Assembly (NCBI GenBank): GCA_017511265.1
Contig: JAFWKV010000017.1
Location: 7,312-71,311 of the forward strand
Source: Clostridia bacterium
Lineage (GTDB): Bacteria > Bacillota > Clostridia > TANB77 > CAG-508
DNA: 64,000 nt
Direction of reading: 5' to 3'
Below are positions 30,945 through 41,601 of the stretch, one piece after another (within the stretch, counting starts at the first letter, position 1; each line of letters starts with the position of its first letter). Position numbers and translations under genes: made by a program. Under the pieces are notes generated by a model that saw only the letters and a program-made list of their open reading frames with translations, ran no database searches and had not been told where the DNA came from.

Positions 30945-32043
30945 ATGGAAAAGAAATTAGGATTTGGATGTATGCGACTTCCTATGAATGGAGGGGAGGT
31001 TGACTATACTGAATTTAATAAAATGATAGATTATTACATGAATCAAGGTTTTAATTATTTTGATACAGCACATGGATATTTAGGAGGAAAAAGCGAAATA
31101 GCAATTAGAGAATGTTTAGCTAAAAGATATTCTAGAGAAAGTTACATATTAACGAACAAATTAACTTTACCCTATTTTAAATCACAAGAAGAAATAAAAG
31201 ATTTTTTTGAAAGACAATTGGAATGGTGTGGAGTAGAATATTTCGATTATTATCTAATGCATGCACAAGATAGAAATACATATCCTCATTTTCAAAATAC
31301 AAATGCTTATCAAGAGTGCTTAAAACTTAAAAAAGATCGGTAAAATAAAACATTTAGGTATTTCATTTCATGATACTGCAGAAATGTTAGAACAAATATT
31401 AACTGAACATCCAGAAGTAGAAATTGTTCAAATACAATTTAATTATGCAGATTATTTATCGGCAAGTGTTCAATCTAAAAAAGTATATGAAGTATGTCGC
31501 AAGTTTAATAAACCTATATTGGTAATGGAACCAGTTAAAGGAGGAGGATTAGTAAACCTTCCTAATGAAGCTAAAAAAATGTATGATGAATTAAGTCAAA
31601 ATGTAAGCTTAGCAAGTTATGCAGTAAGATTTGCAGCTAGTTTTGATGGAATGTATAAAGTTTTATCAGGTATGAGCAATTTCGAACAACTTAAAGATAA
31701 TGTTGATTATATGAAAGATTTTGTTCCATTAAATGATAAAGAAATGGAAACAGTATTAAAAGTAGGAGAATTATTAAGAAGGATGGGAGGAATACCATGT
31801 ACTGCTTGTAGGTATTGTGTAGATGGATGTCCTATGAACATATCAATTCCAGATTTATTTTCTTGCTATAATACAAAAGTTCAATTTCAAGATTGGAATG
31901 CAGGTTACTACTATAATGTTCATACACAAAATGGACATGGAAAAGCATCAGATTGTATAAAATGTGGTAAATGTGAAAAAATCTGTCCACAACATTTAGA
32001 AATTAGAAATTTATTAACAAAAGTATCAGAAACTTTTGAGTAA
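30945..32043 (+). pseudogene. Aldo/keto reductase with C-terminal 4Fe-4S ferredoxin domain, split by a +1 frameshift
   Basis: ORF 30945-31343 ends LKLKKDR*. The next frame continues GKIKHLGISFHDTAEML. The sequence aaagatCggtaaaata has an extra C. The C-terminus carries two Cys clusters CTACRYCVDGCP and CIKCGKCEKICP. Confidence 0.7.
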
Positions 32044-32121
32044 TATTAAAGCATTGTAAGATGAGTTATTATTAATCGATATGGATACATTAAAATATTA
32101 AGAAATACAAGAGGTAAGAAT

Positions 32122-32634
32122 ATGTTAAATGCATTAATAGTTCAGGGGATTGGAGCAATAGGATATACATTACTTGCTTTAAGCTATTTTAAAAAAGAAA
32201 AAAGACAAATATTATTTATGCAAATTATTTCTTATATATTCTTTGTAGTACATTATTATTTATTAAATGGTATTACAGGAGCTATATGTAATTTAATTGG
32301 ATTATTTGCATTAATAACTATTTATATATTTGAAAAATACAAGTTAAAAAACAAGATACTTGTTTCAACATTTTTTATAGTATTGCTTTTAGCAGTTAAT
32401 GCACTGACATTCCAAAATATATATTCTATATTTCCTATGGTAGCTTCAGTCATTGTTGTAATATCATTTTTAGAAAATAACGAAAATGATATAAGAGGAA
32501 TTGGAGTATTAGCAGCAATATGTTGGCTTATATATGCAATAGTATATAAATCATATATTGCGATAATTTTTGAAGTAATAACACTTATAAATGTAGTTAT
32601 AGCATTTTCTAAGAATTTATCACACAAGAAATAG
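32122..32634 (+). CDS. YgjV-like small inner-membrane protein
   Basis: 170 aa with multiple hydrophobic helices. Confidence 0.45.
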   Translation: MLNALIVQGIGAIGYTLLALSYFKKEKRQILFMQIISYIFFVVHYYLLNGITGAICNLIGLFALITIYIFEKYKLKNKILVSTFFIVLLLAVNALTFQNIYSIFPMVASVIVVISFLENNENDIRGIGVLAAICWLIYAIVYKSYIAIIFEVITLINVVIAFSKNLSHKK

Positions 32635-32710
32635 AAGAAAATAAAGATAGAAAACATAAATTGATAAATTATGACTTATAAAGAGCAAAAAAAGACTGGC
32701 AATGATTTTG

Positions 32711-33322
32711 CTAGTCTTTTTTAGTTAAAATAGTAACTATTTCAGCCATTACAATATTAGTCATTACATCATAATCTAGCTCGTTATGCTTATGATAAAC
32801 AATTTCGTGGCAAAGATTATCAATTAATCCAATAACAATATGCACTTTCTCATTGATGTTAGTAATACTAAATCCACTTTCAGTAAGTGCAGATGCAATT
32901 TTAAAAGTCATATCCATTTCTCGTTTATAGAAAAAATAAGCTACGTCTTTATCAGAATGAGCCATAGCTGTAATTTCTTCATGAGCGGTTTTAGATAATT
33001 TGTGATTACTAATATATTTATTTATCATATTTTTTATTATATCAATAAAATTTTCTTTATCAAATTTTACATTAGATATATTAAGCATTGGATAAAAAAT
33101 ATCATCAGCATATTTATCAAGACCACTTAGTAAAATGTCTTTTTTATCTTTAAAATATTGATATATAATTCCTGTTGATACACCAGCTTTTTTGGCAATT
33201 TTAGAGGTGTTAGTTTTATAGTATCCATCATTACAAATTAAATCAAAACCTGCTTCAATAATTTTTTCTTTTGTTTCAATAGAACGCTTTTGAATAGGCT
33301 CTCTTATTTCAGATTCAGACAT
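32711..33322 (-). CDS. TetR/AcrR family transcriptional regulator
   Basis: N-terminal HTH TNTSKIAKKAGVSTGIIYQYFKDKKDIL. Confidence 0.8.
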   Translation of the reverse strand: MSESEIREPIQKRSIETKEKIIEAGFDLICNDGYYKTNTSKIAKKAGVSTGIIYQYFKDKKDILLSGLDKYADDIFYPMLNISNVKFDKENFIDIIKNMINKYISNHKLSKTAHEEITAMAHSDKDVAYFFYKREMDMTFKIASALTESGFSITNINEKVHIVIGLIDNLCHEIVYHKHNELDYDVMTNIVMAEIVTILTKKD

Positions 33323-33483
33323 ATAAGTAACCCTCCGATTTTTTTATTATTAATCAATTATAGCACAATAAAATTCCAAGTCAATAAATATGATAAAGAC
33401 TTCATATTCTATTGACAATATATAATCAAATATATATAATAAAACAAATGTGACAATTATGTCATATTTAAAAAGGAGGAATT

Positions 33484-34194
33484 ATGGAAAAAATAGTAGA
33501 ATTAAAAAATGTAAGCAAAGTTTATAAAATAGGAGAAAATGAATTTAAGGCACTAGACAATATAGACTTATCTTTAAATAAAGGAGAAATGATTGTTATT
33601 CTTGGCCCATCAGGTGCAGGAAAATCAACATTATTAAATCTGATTGGAGGTATGGATACACCTACAAATGGAAATGTAATTATCGATGGAGAAAATATTT
33701 CAAAATATAATGAAAATAAACTTTCAGATTATAGAGCAGAAAATGTAGGGTTTATATTTCAATTTTATAATATTCTTCCTAGTCTAACAGTTAAAGAAAA
33801 TGTTGATATAGTAAAAGATATTGTAAAAAATCCAATAAGCACAGAAGAAGCATTAAAAGGTGTTGGACTTTTTGAACATGCTAAGAAATTTCCAAACCAA
33901 CTATCAGGTGGTGAACAACAAAGAGTAAGTATAGCAAGAGCAATAGCAAAAAATCCTAAATTATTATTATGTGATGAACCAACAGGAGCATTAGACAGTA
34001 AAACTGGTGTAGAAGTGTTAAAACTATTAAGAAAGCAATGTGATGGTAATAATGGATCTAATACAGTTATAATTGTTACACACAATAATTTAATTGCAGA
34101 TATTGCAGATACTGTAATAAATGTGAAAAATGGAAAAATAGAAAGTGTTATTACTCACCAAAATCCAAAGAAAATAGAAGAGGTGGAATGGTAA
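33484..34194 (+). CDS. ABC transporter ATP-binding protein (MacB/LolD type)
   Basis: Walker A GPSGAGKST, signature LSGGEQQRVSIARA, Walker B LLLCDEPT. Confidence 0.85.
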   Translation: MEKIVELKNVSKVYKIGENEFKALDNIDLSLNKGEMIVILGPSGAGKSTLLNLIGGMDTPTNGNVIIDGENISKYNENKLSDYRAENVGFIFQFYNILPSLTVKENVDIVKDIVKNPISTEEALKGVGLFEHAKKFPNQLSGGEQQRVSIARAIAKNPKLLLCDEPTGALDSKTGVEVLKLLRKQCDGNNGSNTVIIVTHNNLIADIADTVINVKNGKIESVITHQNPKKIEEVEW

Positions 34195-36519
34195 ATGTTA
34201 AACAAAAAAATACTTCGTGATATATGGAAAAATAAATCACAATTTATAACTATATTTCTTATGGCTTTTTTAGCTGTTTTTGCATTTGCAGGAGTTCACG
34301 CTTACATGGATGGAATGAAAGAAAGTAGTGAAATTTATTATAACAATCAAAATTTGCAAGATATATGGTTAACATCAAAGAATTTTAAAACTGATAAATT
34401 AGATGAAATAAAGAAAATAGATAATGTGAAAAATGCAGAAAGATTACTTACTATAAATGCAAACGTAAGCGAACCAGAAAGATTTGTTAATCCTGATACA
34501 AATAAAAAATTATCAGATTTAGTTATTGAATGCAATTTCATAGAAACAAATGAAATAAATAAAATGTATCTAATTGAAGGAGAAGAATATTCAAAAGAAA
34601 AAAGTGGTTTATGGCTTGACTTCTATCTAGCAAAAAAATTGAAAATTAAAGTAGGAGATGAATTAGAACTTTCTATTGAAGGAAACAGCTTTAAGGAAAA
34701 AGTGAAAGGTTTAGTAGAAGTGCCAGACCATGTTTATTTTATAAAAGATGATACAGCAATATTTCCAACACATACAGATTATGGCTTTTGTTATCTATCA
34801 ATAAATGAATTTCCTAATAACGTCCAACCTACATTTCCTTATGCCATTGTAGATGTAAATGATACTTCAAAAGCTCTTGAAACTAAAAACAAAATAAAAG
34901 AAACTACAAACGATATTATAACTGCTACATTAAGGGAAGATAATCTTTCTTATGATGGCTATAAAAGAGAAGCAGAAGAAGGAGAAACGTATTCAGGTGT
35001 ATTTTCAGGATTATTTGTTTTCATAGCAATACTATCAGTTGTAACAACAATGAATAGATTTGTAAAAAAAGAAAGAACTCAAATAGGAACATTAAAAGCA
35101 CTTGGAATAAAAAGAAGCAAAATAACAAAAATGTATGTCAATTATGGATTTTTTATATCCGTAATTGCGAGTATTTTAGGTATTATATTAGGCAATTTAT
35201 TAATAGGAAAATTCTTTTTAGAAATGGAAATGGAATACTATGAAATTCCATATTACAATATAACTACAATTCCTTTAGTTTATGGCGTTGCAATTGGAAT
35301 AATTATAGTAATTACTCTTGTTACATATTTATCTTGCAGAAAAATACTAAAAGAACCTGCAGCAACAGCATTAAGAATTGAAAGACCTAAAGTTAAAGTA
35401 AAAGAAAATAGCTTTACAACTAAAAAAGCATTTAATAAACTATCACTATCTACAAAATGGAGCCTACGCGATATAGTTCGTTCTAAAGGTAGAACTTTAA
35501 TGGCTATTGTAGGAATTGCAGGCTGTACAATGTTGGTTGTTACTGCATTTGGAATGTTAGATTCAATGAAATCTTATGTGTCTTGGGAATTTGAAACAAT
35601 TAATAATTTTGAATATAAATTAAGTTTATCTACTGATTATACAGAGAAACAATATGATGATATAATATCAAAATATGGAAATGCAACAAGTCAAACAACA
35701 GGAGTTGAATTTAAAAGTAATTCTGAAATAATTGTAAAACCTTTAACAATAAATGACACTAATAGATTATTACAAGTTACAGACCATAATCGAAATCCAT
35801 TTACAATGAAAGATGATGGATTATACATAACTGAAAAAATGTCGAAAGTAAACAATTTAAAAATTGGAGATATTGTAGAATGGCACATAATTGGATCAGA
35901 TAAGTGGTATAAAACAAAAATAGTAGGATTAAACAGAGATCCACAAGCACAGCAGTTTAATTGTACAAAAAACTTCTTTGATACTTTAGAGGAAGAGTAT
36001 AAAGCAGACAGTGTTTATACAAATGAGAATTTAAGTGGTATAAAAGAAATAGCAGGAGTAAATACAATTCAAACAATAAAAAATTTAGAAGATGGAATGA
36101 ATAGCATGCTTAATATGATGTATTCCTTAATTGCATTGCTTATTGTTGTATCTGTTATTTTAGCAATTGTAATTATTTATAATCTAGGAATTTTATCATT
36201 TTCAGAAAAAGAATATCAATTTGCAACATTAAAGGTTTTAGGCTATAAATATAAACAGATAAAAAAGATATTTATAAAACAGAATATATGGATTGGTATT
36301 TTTGCAATAGCAATAGCTTTGCCACTTGGAAACTGTATGACAGATTATATATTTAAAAATGCTATTGGAGATACATACGATTTTGAAGCAATGATAAAAC
36401 CTATAACATTTATAATATCAAGTATAGGAACATTTGTGGTTGTTTATATTGTTAATCAATTTTTGGCAAGAAAAATCAAAAAAATAGATCTGGTATCAAG
36501 TTTGAAAGGAAATGAGTAA
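34195..36519 (+). CDS. ABC transporter permease, FtsX/MacB-type with duplicated FtsX domains
   Basis: 774 aa, two 4-TM FtsX-like modules. Its start immediately follows the ATPase stop. Confidence 0.75.
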   Translation: MLNKKILRDIWKNKSQFITIFLMAFLAVFAFAGVHAYMDGMKESSEIYYNNQNLQDIWLTSKNFKTDKLDEIKKIDNVKNAERLLTINANVSEPERFVNPDTNKKLSDLVIECNFIETNEINKMYLIEGEEYSKEKSGLWLDFYLAKKLKIKVGDELELSIEGNSFKEKVKGLVEVPDHVYFIKDDTAIFPTHTDYGFCYLSINEFPNNVQPTFPYAIVDVNDTSKALETKNKIKETTNDIITATLREDNLSYDGYKREAEEGETYSGVFSGLFVFIAILSVVTTMNRFVKKERTQIGTLKALGIKRSKITKMYVNYGFFISVIASILGIILGNLLIGKFFLEMEMEYYEIPYYNITTIPLVYGVAIGIIIVITLVTYLSCRKILKEPAATALRIERPKVKVKENSFTTKKAFNKLSLSTKWSLRDIVRSKGRTLMAIVGIAGCTMLVVTAFGMLDSMKSYVSWEFETINNFEYKLSLSTDYTEKQYDDIISKYGNATSQTTGVEFKSNSEIIVKPLTINDTNRLLQVTDHNRNPFTMKDDGLYITEKMSKVNNLKIGDIVEWHIIGSDKWYKTKIVGLNRDPQAQQFNCTKNFFDTLEEEYKADSVYTNENLSGIKEIAGVNTIQTIKNLEDGMNSMLNMMYSLIALLIVVSVILAIVIIYNLGILSFSEKEYQFATLKVLGYKYKQIKKIFIKQNIWIGIFAIAIALPLGNCMTDYIFKNAIGDTYDFEAMIKPITFIISSIGTFVVVYIVNQFLARKIKKIDLVSSLKGNE

Positions 36520-37297
36520 TATGGATGTTTTTTGGGGATTAGCAATTCCATTCTTAGGCACAACTTTAGGTTCAGCAATGGTTTTCTTTATGAAAAACAA
36601 AATTAATAATAAAATAGAAAAACTTTTATTAGGATTTGCTTCAGGAGTTATGATTGCAGCGTCAATATGGTCTTTACTTATGCCTTCAATAGATATGGCA
36701 GATGAACAAGGAGTAATTAGCTGGGTACCTGCTACAATAGGATTTTTACTTGGAATATTTTTCTTGCTAATACTAGACAGCATAATTCCACATTTACATT
36801 TAAATAGTGATGAACCAGAAGGAGTGAAAGCAAAAATAAAGAAAACAACAATGATGGTGTTAGCAGTAACATTGCACAATATTCCAGAAGGAATGGCTGT
36901 TGGAGTTGTTTTTGCAGGTGCTATTTCTGGAAATACAGGAATTACAATAGCAGGAGCCTTTGCTCTAGCGATAGGTATAGCTATTCAAAACTTTCCTGAA
37001 GGTGCAATTATTTCAATGCCATTAAAAAGCGAAGGAATGTCAAAATTAAGGGCCTTTTGGTATGGCACTTTATCAGGCATAGTTGAACCAATAGGAGCAA
37101 TTTTGACTATTGCCTTGACTAATCTTGTTGTTCCAGTTTTACCATATTTTTTATCTTTTGCAGCAGGTGCAATGATTTATGTTGTTGTTGAAGAGCTTAT
37201 ACCTGAATCACAAACAGGAGAACACTCAAATATTGGAACTATTGGTGTAGCAATAGGCTTTGTTATAATGATGGTTTTAGATGTTGCATTTGGATAA
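36512..37297 (+). CDS. ZIP family divalent metal transporter (ZupT-like)
   Basis: HNIPEGMAVG and QNFPEG motifs. Confidence 0.8.
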   Translation: MSNMDVFWGLAIPFLGTTLGSAMVFFMKNKINNKIEKLLLGFASGVMIAASIWSLLMPSIDMADEQGVISWVPATIGFLLGIFFLLILDSIIPHLHLNSDEPEGVKAKIKKTTMMVLAVTLHNIPEGMAVGVVFAGAISGNTGITIAGAFALAIGIAIQNFPEGAIISMPLKSEGMSKLRAFWYGTLSGIVEPIGAILTIALTNLVVPVLPYFLSFAAGAMIYVVVEELIPESQTGEHSNIGTIGVAIGFVIMMVLDVAFG

Positions 37298-37528
37298 ATA
37301 AAATACAATACATTTTTACATCGAATTCGTTTACATGAAGAATTTTTTGTCATTTTCATAGACAAATACATATATAAGAGAATAAAAAATTTGTATTTTA
37401 AAAACTTTTATGATACAATTTCTAATATAAGATGTAAAATTAAGTACAAAAGCAGACATTAAAAATTATCAATGTCTGCTTTTACATTCATATATGTACA
37501 ACAAAAGCAGAGGAGAAATTTTAAAACT

Positions 37529-38245
37529 ATGAAAAAAACAAGAAAAGTTATATTTATTATATTAGAGATTATATTTGTACTTTTGACTATATATTCGTTA
37601 TATAACATATATCAATGGTATACAGAAAACAGAAAAACAAGTGAAATCTTACAAAGCATTTCAAATAGCATTACTGTTGATGAAGATAACAAAACAGTTG
37701 TGGATTTTGATAGATTAGAAGAAAATAATTCTGATATAATTGCATACATAAAAGTAAATGGAACTGAAATAAATTATCCTGTGGTTAAAGCAGATGATAA
37801 TGATTATTATTTAAGTCATAGCTTAGACAAGACAGTAAATGGAGCTGGATGGATATTTGCTGATTATAGAAATAAGCTAGATGGAACTGATAAAAACTTA
37901 ATAATATATGGACATAACCGAAGAGATGGGAGCATGTTTGGCACATTAAAAAATATTTTAAACAAAGAATGGTATGAAGATAAAAATAATCTTAAAATTT
38001 CTTTACATACAGAAAATGAAGAATCAACTTATGAGGTATTTTCTGTGTATCAATTAGAAGAAGAAGATTATTATTTACAAACATCTTTTAAGGATAAAGA
38101 ATTTTTAAGCTTTGTAAATACACTACAAGGAAGAAGTATAAAAAATTTTAATGTAGAAGTATTAGATCATGACTCTATTCTTACTTTGTCTACTTGTGCT
38201 AATGATAATAGATACAGAGTCGTATTGCACGCAAAAAAAATATAA
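37529..38245 (+). CDS. srtB: Class B sortase
   Basis: N-terminal TM anchor, catalytic TLSTC motif and conserved His. Lies immediately upstream of the dockerin gene cluster. Confidence 0.7.
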   Translation: MKKTRKVIFIILEIIFVLLTIYSLYNIYQWYTENRKTSEILQSISNSITVDEDNKTVVDFDRLEENNSDIIAYIKVNGTEINYPVVKADDNDYYLSHSLDKTVNGAGWIFADYRNKLDGTDKNLIIYGHNRRDGSMFGTLKNILNKEWYEDKNNLKISLHTENEESTYEVFSVYQLEEEDYYLQTSFKDKEFLSFVNTLQGRSIKNFNVEVLDHDSILTLSTCANDNRYRVVLHAKKI

Positions 38246-38350
38246 AAATATACTGTTATTTGTAGCCAAAAATATAATTTATTGATATAATGTAGATATT
38301 AAATAGAGGAGTGAGCATAAAAAAATAAATAATAAAAGGGTGATTAGTAA

Positions 38351-41300
38351 ATGAAAAACATTATAAAACAATTACTTATAAGTCTGATAGCATTTATCTC
38401 CTTAGCTGAATGCATAGTACCGCTATCAAGCTATGCTACAGAAAACAACATAGGTACAGATGGACTAATCAGACTAAACATAAAAGGAACAGACAGAACA
38501 ATAACAAAAACAACAACAATAGAAGAAATAAAAAGCTGGTATACAGGTGAGCATATATTTGAAACACCATCATTATATGGTGGAAAAGCATATAGCTTTT
38601 ATGTTGGCAACAATTTTGATGACTATTTATACATTGAAACAATTGCAGATGGAACAATATTTAGCTATGGTTCAGTAGACCCTAGTTATAAAACAAATAC
38701 ATATAGCTTTGACGATAATTATCCATATGGAAAACTTACAGTACTTTCTGGATGCTTATTAAGTGATGAAGGTATTATAAAAGGTGGAGTTTATTACAAC
38801 AAAAATGCTTACTTAAAAGGAAAATTTAGTGACATAAAACAAGCATACAAAGATGCATTTGAAGAAGAATATTGCAAGGCAAATAATATAGAAAAATCAG
38901 AAATAGGTACAGAAAAAGACAAAGGCAGACAATCAAAAGCAATGCTAGATTTGTCCAAGCATGCAGTACTAATGTATAACGGGCTGATTAATTATTATGG
39001 CAGAACAGAAAGTTTTATGGAAACAGATAAAGATAAGAACGGAACAGATACATTCAAAACTTTTGAAGAATTCTTTGACATAAACAATCAATTGATTGAG
39101 AACGGTTCAAATTTATTTTCATATTTAATAAAAAAGGGATATGGCACAAGCTATTACTATTCATTAGGAACAAAAGCAGGTTGTGATTTATATGATAATT
39201 CGTATTCAATTTTTAGTCCGTTACAACTAGCCGGGATGGCTAAATTACAAAAAAATGCAGATCTAAGTACAAGAAACAATCCAGTTTGGACGTATAACTA
39301 TAAAAATAAAGTCTTGTTTGGAATATCTTTCAAAAAAGATTGTTTAAAAAGAGAAGATACTATACAATACACAGATGATGAACTAAATAAATTAAAACAG
39401 GCAAGAGGATACTATAAGGATGCAATTGCAGAATTAAATAAAGAAAAAGACATATATAAAATACAGCCAGTATTAACTCCACCAGAAAATATGCAAGCTG
39501 GGGAATTAGTGGATTCTAAAAAGAAAGGAATACTAAATTATTTCAATGCAATTCGTTCTGCAGCAGGTTTAGGAACGTTAAAAGGTGTGGAAAAAGGATA
39601 TGACACAGCACAGCATTTAACAACATTGCTTGCATATAGACTTAGGTATTTAGGACTTGGACCTACTCATTATCCTGAACAGCCAGAAGGAGTAGATAGA
39701 GATTACTGGAAAAAAGCAGTTCGGTTGGGAAACATCATGGGGAAATTCATTATCTTATGCCTCAATATCAGTAAATGAAGCAAATATGATGAGACATATA
39801 AACAACCTACTAAATGACAATGATGGTAGTCTTGACTTCGGACATAGACGTCATTTATTGCATCCTGGATATGCAGAGTTTGGATATGGAATTACTGAAT
39901 CTTTTGCAGAAGTTAATTTAAATGGATACCAAGATTATAAGTATATATTTAATGGATGGCCAGCTCCAAATGGAATTACATTTATGGAATCTTTAACTTA
40001 CAGAAAATTTATTTGGTCTGTAGCTTTCGATAGAAGCAAATACCTAGTTCAAAATTCTTGTACTGCTGAAATTAAATGCTTAAATACAGGTGAAAAATAT
40101 ATTTTTAATGAAGAAGAGGGAGAAGCTGATTCTAATCGAATTTATCAAAATATTGTAGAAGGTGAACAAATAGATTCTTTAATTAATAAAGTGGTTATTC
40201 GTGATAATAACATAGAACCTGTTGCAGGATATGCTTATGAAGTAACTATTCATGGACTTAAAAATGTAAGAACAGGAAAAATAGAAGATTATACATATAG
40301 AGTTAGATTTGACTATGCAGATGCAGCTTCTTATGGTAATTTACCAACAGGAATAACTATTGAACCTGATGCAAAACTTGAAAAGCTTTCAAATACAAAT
40401 AATACATATAGTGCAAAAGTAGGAGAAACATATAAATTAAATGCAATATTGGAAGGAATAGATGAAAACGTAATAGAAAGAAAAATCACTTGGGAGTCTT
40501 CAAACCCTGAATTAGTTACAGTTAAACAAGATGGAACTATAAAAATAAATAAAGATACCAATGACAAAAGTGCTACCATTACAGTATATCTTGATGCAAA
40601 TAAAAGCATACAAGAAGAAATAATAATAAAACCCCAAGATGTAACATTGATTTTAGATACTGAAAATTATACATTCACTAGTTTAGATGATACCTTACAA
40701 CTCTCACCACACCTAAGCAATAATGAAGAAACAACATTTACATATAAATCAAGTAATGAAAATATTTTAAAGGTAGATAAAAATGGAGTAGTAAAACCAA
40801 CAGCTCCTGGATTTGCTGATGTTTCTATAACAGATACAAAATATAATAAATCTGTTATATGCAGATTTTATGTTGCAACATTAGTAACATTATCAGATGG
40901 AAGCAAAGCCTATGTAGGTGATATGAATAGAGATGGAATGTTCAATTCAGTAGATAGTTCATTAATTATAGGTGCTTATAATAGAACTCCAACAGAAGAT
41001 GAAGCATTAATTGGTGATGTAAGTGGCGATGGATACTTAAATGCTGTTGACAGTAGTATCATTTTGAAATTGTTTAGTGAAGACGTTTTTTCACCAGGAA
41101 AATATTTCCCAATAACAAGTGTAAAACTTAGTAAAAATGAATTAACACTACAGCCAAATAAAAGTGAAACTTTAAAAGCAACAATAGAACCCAAAAATAC
41201 AACAGATAGTCCAAAAATAACATGGAAATCTAGTGATGAAGGCATAGCAAAAGTTGATGAAAATGGAAAAATTACCGCAATAGCAAAAGGATCTACAGAA

Positions 41301-41573
41301 ATAGTTGCAACATCTACAAATGGAAAAGAAGACAAATGCACTGTAACAGTTGCAGAAAACACAGATAAACCACAAACACTAAAAGGCGATGTAAATGGAA
41401 ACGGAATAGTAGAGTTAACAGATTATTCAATGATTTTAAAACATGTAAAAGGAATAAAATTACTTGAAGGAGAACAATTAAAAAGAGCAGATGTAAACGG
41501 TAATGGAACAATTGAACTTACAGACTACTCAATGGTATTAAAACATGTTAAAGGAATAAAATTATTATTTTAA
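38351..41573 (+). pseudogene. G1. Secreted protein: unknown N-domain + CAP + Big_2 repeats + internal dockerin + C-terminal dockerin. Frameshifted paralog of G3.
   Basis: ORFs 38351-39778 and 39786-41573 align end-to-end with the 1080-aa G3. Relative to the G3 segment AVRTGTSWGD, the run ggaaAcatca has an extra A, shifting the frame. Confidence 0.75.
41376..41570 (+). repeat. Dockerin-coding DNA repeat (G1 3' end)
   Basis: About 195-bp segment, roughly 85-95 % identical among eight genes. Encodes GDVNGNGIVELTDYSMILKHVKGIKLL twice. Confidence 0.7.
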
Positions 41574-41601
41574 TGATGTTAAATATTAGGGGGGAAAATT
41601 T

